DNA from: Octopus bimaculoides
Taxonomy: Eukaryota
DNA length: 40,417 nucleotides
Reading direction: 5' to 3'
Assembly (NCBI RefSeq): GCF_001194135.2
Contig: NC_068995.1
Coordinates: 7,821,004-7,861,420 of the forward strand
The notes under the pieces were generated by a model. It was given only the letters and a program-made list of their open reading frames with translations, did no database searches and was not told the DNA's origin. Shown here piece after piece: positions 37,800-40,417 of this stretch (position 1 is its first letter; each line of letters begins with the position of its first letter). Made by a program: the position numbers and the translations under genes.

Positions 37800-38960
37800 G
37801 TATTATTTTAAAGATAATTGTTTTTACCATGCTGAAGTGTGTTAAACATTAAAAGAATATTTTGTAATGTTCATAAAGTTCAACTAGCGCATTCATACGT
37901 TCGTAGTAATCATCAGATTTCAAAATGTATTTATGTGACAGTTGAGGTCTTGACAACTGTAGTAAAATGACTGACTTCTTCCTTATTGTACCTCTTAGAA
38001 GCCTCCAACAACCTGAATTTTTGGAATATGGTTTTGACCAATCAGCATGCAACTTAAACGTCCCAGTTTGCCGCGCGTTCCGATAATACTGTCATAGATC
38101 CCGCCTTTATTTTAACCAATTAGCTTGGGGTTCATATGTAATGGTTTTATGAGTGAGCAAACTTAGTTGGTTTCGTTCGTTTTTATTTCAATCTATGAGA
38201 GTCTTCTGTAATTTGTTTATATTCATATGTTAAAGATATTTTTTAATCCACATCATTAACTGGTTGTTATATTATTGTTGTTATTTCCGTTCAGGACAAG
38301 TTTGAACATTTTAATAGACCGTTTTGTGTAGTTTGTGGAAAGGAAAAATTAGAAACATTTTCTGACCACGTTTCTATATGTTCGCTCAATGAAATTTGGC
38401 GAACATTAGTCTTACTGATTTGTTGTCTTTGGGCTCGTTCCGATAATGTACTCCCTGTCTCACGAATATATACTTTCACGCAATTCAGGCATTTAATGCA
38501 GTAAATCAAATTTCTGCTTCTGCAGTTCATATCTGCATTTGCAAAAATCTGTCCTTTTTTATTCTAATGGATCTACCAGTATGCATGCACTGACATGTTC
38601 CACATATGTTATTATTATACTTGGATACTGTGAATGTGTTATCCTGTTTGTTCATGTTGAATTTTGACTTTTGTTAATAGCTTTTTTATGTTATGTGGTT
38701 GCCTTTTGCTTAAGATAAGTGTTTGAGTAGTTATATATTTTTTTTTTTTTACTTTGTTTCATGATTAGCAAATTTGTTTTGATGATGTTAAAAACGTTTT
38801 GGTGACGCGGATTGTGTGGTGCTAGAAATGGTATTATGTTCCGTTGATGGGTTCGTGTTTCTCGTGTTGCCTCCGCTGCGTCGTGTTTTCTCAACATTGT
38901 TTAATTACCACGTATCTTAGAAACGATGCGTTGACGCTATTTCGCTAAGAACTTATTACT
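37800..38960 (-). mobile_element. Penelope-like retroelement 3' fragment (linker plus GIY-YIG endonuclease), decayed
   Basis: Minus-strand IIPFLAPHNPRHQNVFNIIKTNL, Cys-rich NICGTCQC, and MNCRSRNLIYCIKCLNCVKVYIRETGSTLSER match the Penelope linker and the LIY...YIGETG motif. Outer boundaries approximate. Confidence 0.85.
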
Positions 38961-40417
38961 TCTGAGGCTTACAAAGGTCAAAACACATTGCTTAAATAGT
39001 CACTAAATTTAGCGGTATAACACAATTGGATTTACCAATTTTACATAAGCAAATCCAGACGGCTTCATTGAGAAGTGTCCCATCGACACGAATTATGTTT
39101 ACTTAGCTTTACTTTCATTCCCTATCTTCTTGTAAACAGGGATCAGCTGTGACGTATGGCGTGTCTTGGGTAATTTTATACCTGGGAAATCCTATATGTT
39201 ACCAAATCTGTTTACAACGGAAGAGTGGGAAACAAAAAAAGATATATAAATCGACCTATTTAGCGTCCTATTTATTGACGTCGAGAGGATAAAAGACAGA
39301 AGTGATGTCGGCTGCATCTGAATGCAGAGCGAGCGACCTAGAGCGATTACCACAAAGCTATCTACTCTATGCTCGAACGACAGTTGGTCGACTTGCAAAG
39401 AGCCATTATATAATACACTTGCACAAAAATTTCTGGACATAACTTGCAAAACAAGCCATATTTGTTTTGCTTACCTGATTTTACACTCAGAGTTCTGACC
39501 CTGCTTTGGTCGACTTTGTGAGTCACGCATCGGAAGCTGGATACATTAAATTAAATATCAAGAGTTGATATCGATTGAATCGAATCCCCTACATCTTCTC
39601 CACTCCATTCTCTTACGTTGTGCCAAAGTAAAAAATACATTTCAACTCATAATGTTTCTGCTGTATTAGTTGTAGTGGCAGTTACTGTTCATATAGTCAT
39701 TAATATGTTGCTAGCTGGTTCCATTGTTTTCTGGCCTGGCGTCTCCCTTATTCATAACATTTACAGAAGAGTCACACACAAAAAAAAACACAGAAAACAA
39801 CAACAAAAACAACAATAATAGTAATAATAATAATAATAATAATGATAATAATATTCTAATATTTTCAAGTATTTTAATCACGCATTTAACTGTTTTTGTC
39901 ATATTTTATTAGCATTTTATTTTTATTGTCATTTTGTTAAAGATTTTTGTCATGGATAGTTTCAAGCAGAAATTAAATTTGTTTCCTTTCGTTTTTTTTT
40001 TGTTTGTTTTTTCATTAAATTATTTTTGTTTCATTCCTTCAAGCTTTTCATTAAAAAAATGTTCCAGACGTATAGTCCCTATATTAATTATTGAATAACA
40101 AATGTGTTCTGTGAATTCTTTTTTATTATTTATTTATTTTGGCTTACTGTGTTTGGTTCTCAACATAACTTGTTTCCTTTCAATAAATTGAAATATATAA
40201 ACGTTACAAATGACTATATTTTTTTAAATCGATGGCATCAGATATAAATCTCTGTTCTTATGTTTGACTTTTGTCTCGCGGTGATGTTATTTCTAGAATA
40301 TTTGTAAAGTTCCTATTGTGAAAATCTGTTGATATATATATATATATATAGAAGTCCAGCGTGTGGCATTATCATTTTTTCTGTAGTAATGCCCATTATA
40401 TAAATATATATATATAT

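Noticed and set aside
39170-39490. Long nearly open frames on both strands and a strong minus-strand donor at 39474
   Set aside because: No recognisable protein motif, the plus frame has two stops, and the sequence next to the donor resembles a family A SINE remnant.

Overview
This is eukaryotic (animal) DNA from a gappy draft assembly. It is AT-rich, dense in microsatellites, and has 10 N-gaps totalling about 3.1 kb, most of them next to simple repeats. The SINE families and (TA)/(CA)/(TAGA)/(AAT) density resemble octopus genomic DNA; this is recalled resemblance, not a database result. Most explainable sequence is repeat-derived: about 19 copies of one tRNA-derived SINE (family A), six pieces of a composite SINE with an internal microsatellite (family B), and three copies of a third SINE group (family C). 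There is also a decayed RTE-type LINE (~12.9-15.4 kb), an internally deleted mariner (9287-10189), small Tc1/mariner derivatives and a Penelope-like GIY-YIG fragment (~37.8-39 kb). No protein-coding gene could be named. A few minus-strand exon candidates join in phase into a plausible but unidentified peptide. Nearly all ORFs in the supplied track are artefacts of microsatellites or gaps. The most unusual object is a 180-bp element with terminal inverted repeats, AG..CT ends, an exact 6-bp target-site duplication and an internal head-to-head telomeric-repeat hairpin, inserted into a SINE. I found no convincing evidence of a new multi-gene system.
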